Source: Anaerolineae bacterium (GTDB taxonomy: Bacteria; Chloroflexota; Anaerolineae; Epilineales; JAHCIE01). Taken from it: 64,000 nucleotides of DNA. The notes below the pieces were generated by a model. That model worked only from the letters and a program-made list of their open reading frames with translations, was not told where the DNA came from and did no database searches. The stretch is from assembly GCA_046328505.1 (NCBI GenBank), contig JAXLWL010000004.1, forward strand, positions 9,559-73,558. The letters run 5' to 3'. This document shows, in pieces, positions 18,719 to 28,302 of this stretch; the first letter of the stretch is position 1; every line of letters starts with the position of its first letter. Made by a program: the position numbers and the translations under genes.

Positions 18719-21280
18719 TCAGGAAGTGCTTGTGGGAGCTCGCTCAACCGATGGAGAAGCACTCGTCGAAGGCTCGCCGCCAATAGGTTGCGCCAGATCA
18801 CTCTCGACGCGCTTGAGAGACACGGCATTGACGGCGACGATGATGGACGACAGCGACATCAGCAGCGCCGACCACTCCGGCCGCAGCATGATACCATAGG
18901 CGGGGTAAAGAATACCCGCGGCGACGGGAATCGCCAGGATATTGTAAACCGAGGCCCACACAAGGTTCTGCTTCATCTTGCGCACCGTCGCCTTCGACAG
19001 CTTGATGGCGCGGATGACGTCCACCGGATCGCTCTTCATGAGCACGACCTTCGCCGTCTCGATGGCGACGTCTGTACCCGCGCCGATGGCGATGCCGATG
19101 TCGGCCTGGGCCAACGCCGGGGCATCGTTGACACCATCGCCCACCATCGCGACGCGTTTGCCCTCCGACTGGAGCTGCTTGACGTAGCCCGCCTTGTCCG
19201 CGGGTAGCACCTCGGCGAACACCCGCTCGATGCCCAGCTCGTGTGCTACCGCCTGGGCCGTGCGCGTGTTGTCGCCGGTCATCATCACGACCTCGATGCC
19301 CAGGTCTTTCAGGCCCGCGACGGCCACCCCCGCGCTTGGCTTGACGGTATCCGCCACCGCGACGATGCCGGCCGGCTGCCCATCCACCGCCACGAGCATC
19401 GGCGTCTTGCCCGCCTCTGCCAGGCTCGCCATCCGCCCCTCCAACTCTTGCACGTCCAGACTGTTCTCGGCCATCAGCCGCGCGTTTCCGACTAGCACCG
19501 TGCGCCCGCCGACAGTGGCGCGGATGCCGCGGCCCGTGATTGCCTCGAAGCCACTGGCGTCGTCAAGCTGGAGCCCTCGTCCCTGTGCCCCCGCCACAAT
19601 CGCCTCGGCCAACGGGTGCTCCGAGCCGCGCTCGGCTGAGGCGACCAGGCGCAGTAGCCCGTTCTCGTCCAACGATCCTACCGCGACAATATTCGTTAGC
19701 GATGGCTTGCCCTCGGTCAGCGTCCCTGTCTTGTCGAGAACGATGGCGTTGATGTCGGACACCCCTTCGAGCGTGGCGGCGTCCTTGATGAGTATGTTGT
19801 GCCGCGCGCCAATGCCGGTGCCGACGGCGACGGCGGTTGGCGTCGCCAACCCCAGGGCATCGGGGCAGGCGATGACGACGGCCGAGATGGCGAAGGTAAG
19901 GGCCGTGATGAGGGCGGCGTTCAGCCCGAAGTACCACGCCAGGAAAGTAACGATGCCCGCGCCGACGGCGAGAATCACGAGGTACTGCGCCGCCCTATCG
20001 GCCAGGCGCTGGCCGGGCGCCTTGGAGTTCTGCGCCTGCTCGACCAGCTTCACGATCTGGGCCAGCGCCGTCTCCGCGCCAACGGCCGTCGCGCGGAAGC
20101 GCACGCTGCCCGTGCGGTTGATAGAGCCAGCTACCACTTTGTCGCCGGCCCGCTTGGTCACCGGCAGGCTCTCGCCTGTGACCAGGGCCTCGTCAATGGC
20201 GGTCTCGCCCTCGGTCACCTCGCCGTCCACCGGCACCTTGTCGCCAGGCCGCAGGACGACGATGTCGCCGACCTGCACCTCGCTGCTGGGAACGGTCATC
20301 TCCTGGCCGTCGCGGATGACGGTCGCCTGGGGTGGCACAAGATCGAACAAGGCGCGCAGGGCATCGTTCGTCCCCCGCCGCGAGCGCATCTCCATCCAGT
20401 GGCCGAACAGGACGAACGTCACGAGCATGGCCGCCGCTTCGTAGAACGTCTCCCCACCCAGGAAGGTGATCAGAACGCTGAAGACGTAAGCGGCCAGGAC
20501 GCCGGTGGCGATGAGGACGCTCATGTTGAGCATCCCGCGCTTGAGGGAATAGTACGCACCGGCGATGAACAGCCAGCCACAATAGAAGACCACCGGCGTG
20601 GACAGGATGAGCATGATAATGTTGGTGTCCAGGCCGAAGGTCGGCAGGCGCAAGCCGAGAAAGTTCATGCCCAGGGGGGAGTAGAGGACAGTCGGGATGG
20701 TGAGCAGGAGGGCGATGAAGAACTTGTTGCGCATGTCGCGCTCCATCGCCGCCGCCATGCCCGGATCGGACATGTCGTGCCCCATGTGCTCGTGCGCGCT
20801 GCCCTGCGCTGCGTGCTCCATGCCACCATGTGCCTCGTGAGACGTCGGCGGGGTAGTGGGCGCGACATGGTGGGCGCGGGCATGGTCGTGGGCGCGGGTC
20901 GCGGGCATCTCGTACTGCATGCGGTCATGCTTGGTGCCCATCGTGATGGGCTGGGTCTGCACACCGTGGGCGAGGTGCTGCATCTGACGCTGCGGGGAGG
21001 GCGCGACAGTCTCGTGAGGGTGGCCATCCGCCGCCGTGCAATCGCAACCGGTGGACGCGATAATCTGCTCGATCTGCTCGCGGCTAATCATCCCCTCGTG
21101 GTAGCCTACGTGAACGACGTTGTTCGCCCAGTCCAGGTGGACGCTTGTGATGTGCGGATTGACGCGAAGGGCCTTTTCGACCGCGGTGGCGCAGTCGAGG
21201 CAATACAGACCATCCAGCTTGAACGTCGCGTGCTGAGCAGTATGCACCTGGTCCTGGTGAGCTCTCTTGTGATCCATCAT
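18719..21280 (-). CDS. heavy-metal translocating P1B-type ATPase with N-terminal HMA domain and His-rich stretch (TM6 motif CPD)
   Basis: HMA domain LYCLDCATAVEKAL. His-rich HDHARAHH...HEAHGGMEHAAQGSAHEHMGHD. DKTGTLT, GDGVNDAP. TM6 VVIACPDALGLATP. Start at the ATG at 21280, which has GAGAGG upstream. Confidence 0.85.
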   Translation of the reverse strand: MMDHKRAHQDQVHTAQHATFKLDGLYCLDCATAVEKALRVNPHITSVHLDWANNVVHVGYHEGMISREQIEQIIASTGCDCTAADGHPHETVAPSPQRQMQHLAHGVQTQPITMGTKHDRMQYEMPATRAHDHARAHHVAPTTPPTSHEAHGGMEHAAQGSAHEHMGHDMSDPGMAAAMERDMRNKFFIALLLTIPTVLYSPLGMNFLGLRLPTFGLDTNIIMLILSTPVVFYCGWLFIAGAYYSLKRGMLNMSVLIATGVLAAYVFSVLITFLGGETFYEAAAMLVTFVLFGHWMEMRSRRGTNDALRALFDLVPPQATVIRDGQEMTVPSSEVQVGDIVVLRPGDKVPVDGEVTEGETAIDEALVTGESLPVTKRAGDKVVAGSINRTGSVRFRATAVGAETALAQIVKLVEQAQNSKAPGQRLADRAAQYLVILAVGAGIVTFLAWYFGLNAALITALTFAISAVVIACPDALGLATPTAVAVGTGIGARHNILIKDAATLEGVSDINAIVLDKTGTLTEGKPSLTNIVAVGSLDENGLLRLVASAERGSEHPLAEAIVAGAQGRGLQLDDASGFEAITGRGIRATVGGRTVLVGNARLMAENSLDVQELEGRMASLAEAGKTPMLVAVDGQPAGIVAVADTVKPSAGVAVAGLKDLGIEVVMMTGDNTRTAQAVAHELGIERVFAEVLPADKAGYVKQLQSEGKRVAMVGDGVNDAPALAQADIGIAIGAGTDVAIETAKVVLMKSDPVDVIRAIKLSKATVRKMKQNLVWASVYNILAIPVAAGILYPAYGIMLRPEWSALLMSLSSIIVAVNAVSLKRVESDLAQPIGGEPSTSASPSVERAPTSTS

Positions 21281-22040
21281 GACGCCTCTCGTTGCATCAA
21301 ACACACAATACATTCACCTTTCCAAAGTATACGCGATTTGCTTTATGCACGGTAAAAGTTACTGCCGCGCATCGTGATCAACAGCCGTAAATACGTCGGA
21401 TGGCTAGGTTCCGCTTGAGGGCGAACGCATGTTGCCTGACGCATTGCTTTGAACATAGGTGACGATGCAGCAAATCAACAAGCAGGACGATCGGATGGAG
21501 TGACATGCGAGTCCAGTAGAGGTGCGAATCAATACGCTACGTGGAGGGAGCGCCATGTCCGATAGCCTCGCCCTCTCTGCTACTGTCCTTGATCGTGTTC
21601 ATACAATCAACTCTCCCGAAGACCTACACCGCCAGAAGGTTTTCACCTCAATCGTCGTCGGCATACTGTTGGAGCAGACCATCAGCATGCCTCAAGATAG
21701 TAGAGCGGTGAACCGGCGGTCTGCAGGCTCAGACGTTAGCTGATCTCGATGACTGTAACCGTGCTCTTCCCCTCACCACGAAATCCGCCACACTTCAACG
21801 AAATTCCCGTCGACGCGTTACCATTTGCCCCCCTTGTGCGTCTACTTATTGTAACTATATACTGTTTTCGCTACTCCGATCATCCTGCCGACGTTTCGTC
21901 GCGCGCCTCGTCCTCCGGCGATCAGCGCATTCTTACCCTCATCATCGCCTCGCTGATTTGCGCCCTGCTGTTCTCGGCTGACACGCCCAGGCTCTTCCGC
22001 CGTCTCGACCCCCGTCGGGACTGCCCTCCAGGAGGTCACC

Positions 22041-22724
22041 TTGGCTAGCTCGCCTCTTACCCCTAGTCGTGCCCTGCGCCGACCCCGCCGCATTGACATG
22101 CGCATCGTCGTCGGCGTCCTCCTCATGCTTGCCACCACCCTCGGCTCCCTCGCCTTCTGGACGGCCATCTCGGATGCCCGTCCCGTCGTGGTGGCGACCC
22201 ACGACCTGCCGGCCCTCGCCGTGCTCACCCCGTCCGACCTCACCGTCGCCCACGTCCGCATGGACGATACCCTCTACCAGGCTGCCATCCCTGGCGACGA
22301 TCTCAACACTCTCGTGGGTAAGCCCCTGTCCCAGCCGGTCTATGCCCAGGAGGTGCTGGTGCGCCCCCACATCGCGCCGCGTCCGGCCCTCGCCGCCGAC
22401 CAGGTCGCCATGACCATCGCCATCACGCCTGAGACAGGCGTCGGCGGACGGCTGCGGCCCGGCGACCAGGTGCAGGTGCTCGTCACCCTCAACAAGGGCA
22501 AGCCTGACGTGCGCTCGGCGGTCGTCCTCGACCGCGTCACCGTCTACGATGTCGGCTACGAGCAGCGAGTCGGCGCCATCAACACCGACAGCATCACCGG
22601 CAGCGGGGCGCAAGGCACGGCCCGGTGGCTGACACTGGCGGTGACCGCCGAGCAGTCGCGCCAGTTGGCCGAGGCGAAGGGCAGCGGCGACCTGGATGTG
22701 ACGCTGCTCCCGCCTCGGCGATAG
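22041..22724 (+). CDS. cpaB: Flp pilus assembly protein CpaB/RcpC (SAF domain)
   Basis: N-terminal TM helix. SAF-like region (TPSDLTVAHVRMDD...GKPLSQPVYAQEVL). First gene of the tad operon. Confidence 0.75.
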   Translation: MASSPLTPSRALRRPRRIDMRIVVGVLLMLATTLGSLAFWTAISDARPVVVATHDLPALAVLTPSDLTVAHVRMDDTLYQAAIPGDDLNTLVGKPLSQPVYAQEVLVRPHIAPRPALAADQVAMTIAITPETGVGGRLRPGDQVQVLVTLNKGKPDVRSAVVLDRVTVYDVGYEQRVGAINTDSITGSGAQGTARWLTLAVTAEQSRQLAEAKGSGDLDVTLLPPRR

Positions 22725-22734
22725 GGGCGGCGCC

Positions 22735-24162
22735 ATGAGCCAGTCCAATCCTGCGCAGCCTCAGCGGCTGCCCGATCCTCTCGACGCGCGCTGGCGCCTG
22801 GCCGTTGGGCTCGGCGACCCCGACCGTGAGCGCGCCCTGCTGCCGGCCCTCCGCGCCCTCGGCGACTTCGTCGTCGTCGAGCGCTGCCTGGCGGCCGACC
22901 AGCTGCTCGCCTGCCTCCAGGGGCGGCGCGCGGATGCGGCGATCCTGGCCTTCGACCTTCACCGGCTCAGCCAGGGCGTCATCGCCGACCTGCGCCAGAC
23001 GCGTGTCCCCCTCGTGACCCTGGCGCCCGACCCGAACCAGGAGCGGTGGCGCTCGCTCCCCGGCGTCGTCCTTCCCCTGGACGCCGACGCGGCGATGCTG
23101 GAGCGCGCCCTCACGGCAGCGCTGCGCGGCGAACGCCCACCGCCCGCCGAGCAAGACGAGCCGCTCACTCTGTCGCCGACGCAAGAGGCCCGGTCCCAGG
23201 CGCCGCCCGCCCTCTCTCTCATCGCCCTCGCCGGCGGCTACGGCAGTCCAGGGCGCACGACCCTCGCCCTCAACCTGGCGGCCGCCCTCGGCGCGGTCGC
23301 CCCCACGGTCCTGGTGGACGCCGACCTCAACAACCCCAGCCTGGCCATCCACCTCGACGCCGATCCCACTCGTAACCTCTCCATGCTGGCCCACGCGGAG
23401 CCCGACACGCCCCGCGCCTGGCGGCATGCCCTCGACGGGGAAACCCAGCCCCTAGCGGCCCGCAGCCCCCACGCGGTTGTCCTGTGCGGCCTGCCCAAGC
23501 CTGAGCTGCGCAGCCAGCTCACGCTGCCCTTCTTCGAGCGCCTGCTGGAGCATCTCCGCCTCCGCTATCGGTACGTCATTCTCGACGTCGGCGCGGAGGT
23601 ACACGGTTCCGAGTCCGCCCTGCACCGCGCCGCCCTGCAGCTGGCCGACCACACCCTCGTCATCGTCGCCGCCGACCTGGTCGGGCTGCGCCAGGGCCAG
23701 CGCGCCTTGACCTACCTGACCGACACCCTCGGGTTGCCCCACGAGCGTGTCGCCATCATCCTCAACCGCCACGACCGCCACCGCCATCACAGCCGGCCGG
23801 AGATCGAGTGGGCGCTCGACCGGCCAGTGGCCGGCGTCATTCCCTACGACCACGCCGCCGTGCAGCGCGCCCTTGACCGCCAGCAGCCCTTGCTTCTGGC
23901 CGGGAAGAGCCGCGCCGGCCGCGCCATCCTCGACCTGGCCGAACGCCTCCACGCCGGCCAGGTTGTCCTGCCCCCCGAAGCGCCTTCGAAGCGCCGCTTC
24001 CCCTGGCGACTCAACATTAAGAAGTCCAAGACCGGGCAGACGACGCCCGTTGAAGGAGACTTGCATGGCCACGTCCCTATCCCAGATGAGCCCCTGGCCG
24101 AGGGGCAGCTACGATCCAACGGTCGAGCGCGCCCTCCGCGCCGAGGTCCGCGAGGCCGTTAG
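22735..24162 (+). CDS. cpaE: Flp pilus assembly protein CpaE/TadZ (receiver-like N-domain plus ParA/MinD-type ATPase)
   Basis: Deviant Walker A IALAGGYGSPGRTTLALNLAAAL. Followed by the CpaF gene. Confidence 0.8.
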   Translation: MSQSNPAQPQRLPDPLDARWRLAVGLGDPDRERALLPALRALGDFVVVERCLAADQLLACLQGRRADAAILAFDLHRLSQGVIADLRQTRVPLVTLAPDPNQERWRSLPGVVLPLDADAAMLERALTAALRGERPPPAEQDEPLTLSPTQEARSQAPPALSLIALAGGYGSPGRTTLALNLAAALGAVAPTVLVDADLNNPSLAIHLDADPTRNLSMLAHAEPDTPRAWRHALDGETQPLAARSPHAVVLCGLPKPELRSQLTLPFFERLLEHLRLRYRYVILDVGAEVHGSESALHRAALQLADHTLVIVAADLVGLRQGQRALTYLTDTLGLPHERVAIILNRHDRHRHHSRPEIEWALDRPVAGVIPYDHAAVQRALDRQQPLLLAGKSRAGRAILDLAERLHAGQVVLPPEAPSKRRFPWRLNIKKSKTGQTTPVEGDLHGHVPIPDEPLAEGQLRSNGRARPPRRGPRGR

Positions 24163-25393
24163 CCGCCTGCTCAGTGACACGCAGTGGCTGACGCCCAGCG
24201 CCGCCGACGAGGCGCGCATCCGCGCCCTCATCCACGAGCACGTCGTCGCCTACCAGCGCCGCGCCGCTACGGCTAACACCGGCCCTCCTCTTCAACCCCG
24301 AGGCGGTCGAGCAGCATCTCTTCGATGGCCTGCTGCGCATGGGCATCCTCCAGCCGCTCATGGACGCGCCGAGCGTCGAGGAGATCATCTGCAACGGCCC
24401 GCAGCGCATCTTCGTCATCGAGGACGGGCAGAAGCGTCTCATGAGCGACCTGTTCTTCGACGACGACGAGGAGCTGCGGCAGCTCGTCAAGCGCCTGGTC
24501 GGGCCCCTGGGCCGCCGCCTGGACGAGTCCGCTCATGGTGGATGCGAGGCTGCTCAACGGGGCGCGGCTCAACGCCGCCATCCCGCCGGGCGACGACCCG
24601 CTGGTGCTGCCTCACCATCCGCAAGTTCACCTTGCGCGCCCACTCCCTGGAGCAGCTCGTCGAGTTGCGAACGCTGCCCGAGCACGGCGGCGCAGTTCCT
24701 GGACGCCGCGGTGCAGGCGGGCGTCAACATCCTCGTCAGCGGAGCAACCGGCGCCGGCAAAACGACGATGCTCAACGCGCTGGGCGCCTCCATCGCGTCG
24801 CTGGACGAGCGCGTCGTGACGATTGAGGAAGTGGCTGAATTGCAGCTCGACCGCCAGCTCCCCGACTGCGTCTCTCTACAGGCGCGAGCGCGAGCAACGT
24901 CGAAGGCGTGGGCGAGATCCGCATCCGTGACCTGGTCAAGAACGCCCTGCGTATGCGGCCGACGCGGATCATCGTCGGGGGAGTGCGCGGCGCGGAGGCG
25001 CTGGACATGCTGCTGGCCATGAACACCGGCCACGAAGGCTCCCTCGCCACCATCCATGGCAACTCGCCCCGCGACGCCCTGGACCGGCTGGTGACCCTGG
25101 CGATGATGGCTGAGGAGCGGCTGTCCAACGAGGCCCTCACGAAGATGGTGGCGCGCACCATTGAGCTGGTGCTCCAGGTGCGCTTCGAGCCGCGGACGGG
25201 CCAGCGGCGGCTGGTGAGCATCTTCGAGGTGACGGGGCTGGAAGGCGAGGTGATCACCGGCAACGACATCTGGGCGCTGGACGAGAAGAGCGGCCGCCTC
25301 GTCTGGACCGGCATCCAGCCGCGCTGCCTGACCAAGCTGGCCGCGCGGGGTATCCCGTATACCTTCGCGCCGACGCGCGGGCCGTCCGACTGA
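24065..25393 (+). pseudogene. cpaF: cpaF/tadA (Flp pilus assembly ATPase, VirB11/GspE family) disrupted by about five +/-1 frameshifts
   Basis: CpaF-like sequence is readable only by switching frames near 24270, 24530, 24605, 24680 and 24885. Examples: MATSLSQ...EARIRALIHEHVVAYQRRAA / LFNPEAVEQHLFDGLLRMGILQPLMDAPSVEEIICNGPQRIFV / MVDARLLNGARLNAAIPPGDDPLVL / TIRKFTLRAHSLEQLVELRTLPEH / [33 protein letters not shown]...[10 protein letters not shown] / [52 protein letters not shown]. Walker A and the His box are present but lie in different frames. Confidence 0.75.
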
Positions 25394-25730
25394 CACTTTC
25401 CTGCTACTTTCCCGGTTGCGTGTCCAGGAAAGTGGCAGGAAAGTCAGGAAAGCCCGCATTGGAGCCTCACTTTCCCGGCAGCGCGTCCAGGAAAGTGGCG
25501 GGAAAGCCGGAGAAACACACCTTGGAGCATCACTTTCCCGGCAGCGGGTCCGGGAAAGTGATGGGAAAGCAGGAAAAGCACGCGTTGGAGCTCCACTTTC
25601 CCGGCAGCGGGTCCGGGAAAGTGGCAGGAAAGTCGGGGCAGAGCAGTTTGCCGTCGATGCAACCGCCAAGTTCGCTCCACTTTCCCAACTCGTGGTCCGG
25701 GAAAGTGGCAGGAAAGCGCCGGGAAAGTGG
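25394..25730. repeat. five tandem copies (period 63 bp, one of 84) of a unit containing an 11-bp-arm palindrome CACTTTCCCGG-N8-CCGGGAAAGTG
   Basis: Palindromic cores at about 25405-25432 (variant), 25468-25497, 25531-25560, 25594-25623 and 25678-25707, with an extra half-site GGGAAAGTGG at 25721-25730. Each core is followed by a conserved GCAGGAAAG..TTGGAGC segment. Intergenic between cpaF and tadB. Confidence 0.85.
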
Positions 25731-25766
25731 CGTCTGGTACACTAGGGACAGGAGGGTGGGTTCAGC

Positions 25767-26624
25767 ATGATACCAATTCTACTCTCAGTTGGTTTAGGGT
25801 TGGCCGTCTTCTTCGTCTACGACGGGCTGACGCGCCCACCTACGCCCCAGGTGGAGACGCGAGAACGAACGCGGCTCGACGGGTTCCTGCTGCGGGCCGG
25901 TCTGCCGGATGTCAAGCCCCGCGAGTTCGCCTTGTTCTCTCTGGCCTGCAGCTTGGCCACCGCCATCGTCAGCCAGATCCTCCTGGGCTGGGGCATCGTC
26001 AGCCTGCTGGCCCTCCTGTTCGGCCTGGCGGCGCCCCTCGCCTACTACGCCCACCGCCACGATAGCCGCCGCGCTCAGGTCCAGGCCGCCCTGGTCGAGG
26101 CCATCGCCCAGCTCCGCGATGCCATCCGCAGCGGCCTCTCGGTTCAGGAGGCGCTGGTCGGTCTGGCGCGCGTCGGGCCAGAGGCGCTGCGGCCTGAGTT
26201 CGTCACGCTCGTCCGGGATATGCAACTCGACGGTGGTGAAGCGGGGCTGGTCGCCATGCGCGACCGCCTCGCCGACCCGCTGTTCGACATCGTCGCCGCC
26301 ACCCTCATCCTCAACGACCGGCTCGGTGGCCGCAACGTCAGCCAGGTGCTCGACGAGCTGGCCGAGACGACGCGGGCGCAGCTGCGCGTCCAGGATGAGC
26401 TGCGCGCTCACCAGGCTCAGACAGTGCTGTCCGCCCGAGTTGTGGCCGTCATGCCCCTGATCGTGCTGATCATCATTCGCCAGATGAACCCGCGCTACCT
26501 GGCCATCTTCAACGACTGGTCGGGCCAGGTCATCCTAGCGCTGTGCGTCCTGAGCATCGCCATCGGCTACGGGGCCATGCTCTGGATCACGCGCCTGCCG
26601 GCCGAGCGCCGCATCTTGAGGTGA
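25767..26624 (+). CDS. tadB: Flp pilus assembly inner-membrane protein TadB (T2SS-F domain)
   Basis: 285 aa with an N-terminal TM segment, a cytoplasmic helical domain and C-terminal TM segments. Position and architecture fit TadB. Confidence 0.75.
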   Translation: MIPILLSVGLGLAVFFVYDGLTRPPTPQVETRERTRLDGFLLRAGLPDVKPREFALFSLACSLATAIVSQILLGWGIVSLLALLFGLAAPLAYYAHRHDSRRAQVQAALVEAIAQLRDAIRSGLSVQEALVGLARVGPEALRPEFVTLVRDMQLDGGEAGLVAMRDRLADPLFDIVAATLILNDRLGGRNVSQVLDELAETTRAQLRVQDELRAHQAQTVLSARVVAVMPLIVLIIIRQMNPRYLAIFNDWSGQVILALCVLSIAIGYGAMLWITRLPAERRILR

Positions 26625-26628
26625 CGCC

Positions 26629-27603
26629 ATGCCTTTCCATTTCCACCTGTCGAGTCCGCCCGTCGCCGTCATTCTCTTGCCCCTCCTCTTCAGCCTGGGC
26701 GCCTACCTCATCCTCATGGCGCAGCCCATCGGTCGGCCGCGGCCTGACTTGAAAGAACGCCTGCGCCGCCTGGACGTGGACGAGAGGATGCGCGAGCAGA
26801 TGAGCCAGCCCATCCGCCGCCCCATCTTCGCCTCGCGCTGGCTGGAGGCCATCCTGCGACCTATCCTCGACGACGTCGGGCGGCTCGTGCGCTCGGTGCT
26901 GAGCCTATTCGGGCTCGGCGGCGGACGCCGGTTGGAGCGCAAGCTGCACATCGCGCGGCCCGAGGTCGAGATCTCCCAGTTCTTCGGCGAGAAGCTCGCC
27001 GCCGGGCTGATCGGCCTGGCGATCTTCCCGGTCATGAATGCCCTGGGCCTCCAGCCGTTCGGGACGTGGCCGACCTGGCTGTGGGGTGTCGGCTTCCTGG
27101 TCGGCTTTCTCAGCCCCGATTGGGACCTGGAGCGGCGGCTGGCCGAGCGGCGCATCGACGTCCTGATGGAGTTGCCGACCGTGCTGGACATGCTCACCAT
27201 CGCGACATCGGCAGGGCTGGCCCTGGAGCAAGCCCTCATCCTCGTCGCGCGGGAGAGCCAGGGCCTCGTCGCCCAGGAGCTGCAGCACGTAGTGCGCGAG
27301 ATGGCGCTGGGTCAGCGTTCCCTCGACGGCGCCCTGTCCGACATGGCCGAACGCAACGATGTGCCGCAACTGACGACCTTCGCCAACCACGTGCGCGCCG
27401 CCTACCAGCAGGGGACGCCTCTCATCCAGACACTGCGAACCCAGGCGGTGAGCCTGCGGGAGCAGAAGCGACTGCGGATTGTGGAAGAAGGGGGGAAGGC
27501 GAGTGTCAGGATGCTCTTCCCCGTGGCCCTCTTCATATTACCGGTCCTCTTCGTCGTACTCCTGCTGCCGGCGGTCTTCGAGCTGCTCAAGCTCGGGCGA
27601 TAG
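26629..27603 (+). CDS. tadC: Flp pilus assembly inner-membrane protein TadC (T2SS-F domain)
   Basis: 324 aa paralogous architecture immediately after tadB. Confidence 0.75.
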   Translation: MPFHFHLSSPPVAVILLPLLFSLGAYLILMAQPIGRPRPDLKERLRRLDVDERMREQMSQPIRRPIFASRWLEAILRPILDDVGRLVRSVLSLFGLGGGRRLERKLHIARPEVEISQFFGEKLAAGLIGLAIFPVMNALGLQPFGTWPTWLWGVGFLVGFLSPDWDLERRLAERRIDVLMELPTVLDMLTIATSAGLALEQALILVARESQGLVAQELQHVVREMALGQRSLDGALSDMAERNDVPQLTTFANHVRAAYQQGTPLIQTLRTQAVSLREQKRLRIVEEGGKASVRMLFPVALFILPVLFVVLLLPAVFELLKLGR

Positions 27604-27635
27604 GCAGGAGAGGAACTGCACAAGGAGGTGAGGCA

Positions 27636-27857
27636 ATGCTGTTCATTGTGTCGTTGTATCTGAGTTGGCTGCATAGCTATTTTCACAGGCTCGTCCTGCG
27701 CGTCTGGCGCGACGAGGAAGGGGCGTCGCTGGTGGAGTACGCCATCCTGGTGGCGCTCATCGCCATCGTCGCCATTGCTGCCGTCCAGGCCCTCGGCAAC
27801 GGGATCACCGGCGTCTTCCAGAACATCCTGGGGCGCATTCAAGGCCTGGGACGGTAG
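27636..27857 (+). CDS. flp: Flp/Fap-family type IVb pilin precursor
   Basis: ATG at 27636 with AAGGAGG 8 nt upstream. 73 aa MLFIVSLYL...EEGASLVEYAILVALIAIVAIAAVQALGNGI carries the Flp processing/hydrophobic motif (G-x4-EY). Hidden inside the spurious ORF 27066..27857. Confidence 0.75.
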   Translation: MLFIVSLYLSWLHSYFHRLVLRVWRDEEGASLVEYAILVALIAIVAIAAVQALGNGITGVFQNILGRIQGLGR

Positions 27858-27860
27858 GAA

Positions 27861-28289
27861 TTGGAGACTGGAAGCGTGTCGTCCTTGTATGCATCTGTTG
27901 TGGCCGTCGGCATCTTCGCAGCTGCCACGGTCACCGACATCCGCTCGCGTCGCGTGCCGCGCTGGCTCACGCTTGGCGGCATCCTACTCGGCCTGGCAGT
28001 CGCCGCCATGAGCGGGTCGGAGGCCCTACTTGCTAGCCTCGCTGGCCTGGTCGTCGGCGGGGTACTTCTGCTCCCCTTTGTCCTCAAAGGCGGGATGGGT
28101 CTGGCGGATGCGCTCCTGCTAGCAGCCGGTGGGGCGTGGCTGGGCTGGCAGCCCATTCTCCATGTCGCGCTGTGGGGCGCGCTGGCCGGTGGCATCCTGG
28201 CCCTCGTGGCGCTGGCCCGCGGGCAGCGCTCCCTTCCCTACGCGCCGGCCCTGCTCGTCGGCGTCCTACTGGCGTTGGCGGTACGATAG
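27861..28289 (+). CDS. cpaA: prepilin peptidase (A24 family, CpaA/TadV-like)
   Basis: 142 aa polytopic membrane protein with conserved Asp residues (ATVTDIRSRRVP...LGMGLADALLLAAGGAWLG). Confidence 0.7.
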   Translation: METGSVSSLYASVVAVGIFAAATVTDIRSRRVPRWLTLGGILLGLAVAAMSGSEALLASLAGLVVGGVLLLPFVLKGGMGLADALLLAAGGAWLGWQPILHVALWGALAGGILALVALARGQRSLPYAPALLVGVLLALAVR

Positions 28290-28302
28290 GAAGGTCGCCG
28301 TC

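Noticed and set aside
19194-21355. Long plus-strand ORFs (416 and 518 aa) overlapping the second P1B ATPase
   Set aside because: Antisense to a gene with unambiguous P-type ATPase motifs. Low-complexity Ala/Arg/Pro-rich translations typical of GC-rich antisense frames.
21522-22048. Small ORFs 21522..21743 and 21749..22048 upstream of cpaB
   Set aside because: No RBS, motif or conservation signal. Treated as the non-coding leader/promoter region of the tad operon.
21942-23427. Minus-strand ORFs 21942..22748 and 22594..23427 across cpaB and cpaE
   Set aside because: Antisense to the tad genes. Arg/Gly-rich composition and no domain signatures.
25394-25730. CRISPR array interpretation of the tandem repeats
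   Set aside because: Whole 63-bp units including the would-be spacers are conserved, and there are no unique spacers or cas genes nearby. A sigma54 -24/-12 match was also looked for and not found.
25416-25770. ORFs 25416..25745, 25420..25770 and 25444..25680 with repetitive PGSGSGKVAGK-like translations
   Set aside because: They are read through the 63-bp tandem repeat array. The periodic protein sequence is a by-product of DNA repeats in an intergenic region.
27066-27857. 263-aa ORF spanning the tadC 3' half and the flp gene
   Set aside because: Only its last ~73 codons, the Flp pilin with its own RBS at 27622-27628, are credible. The upstream part is an out-of-frame overlap of tadC.
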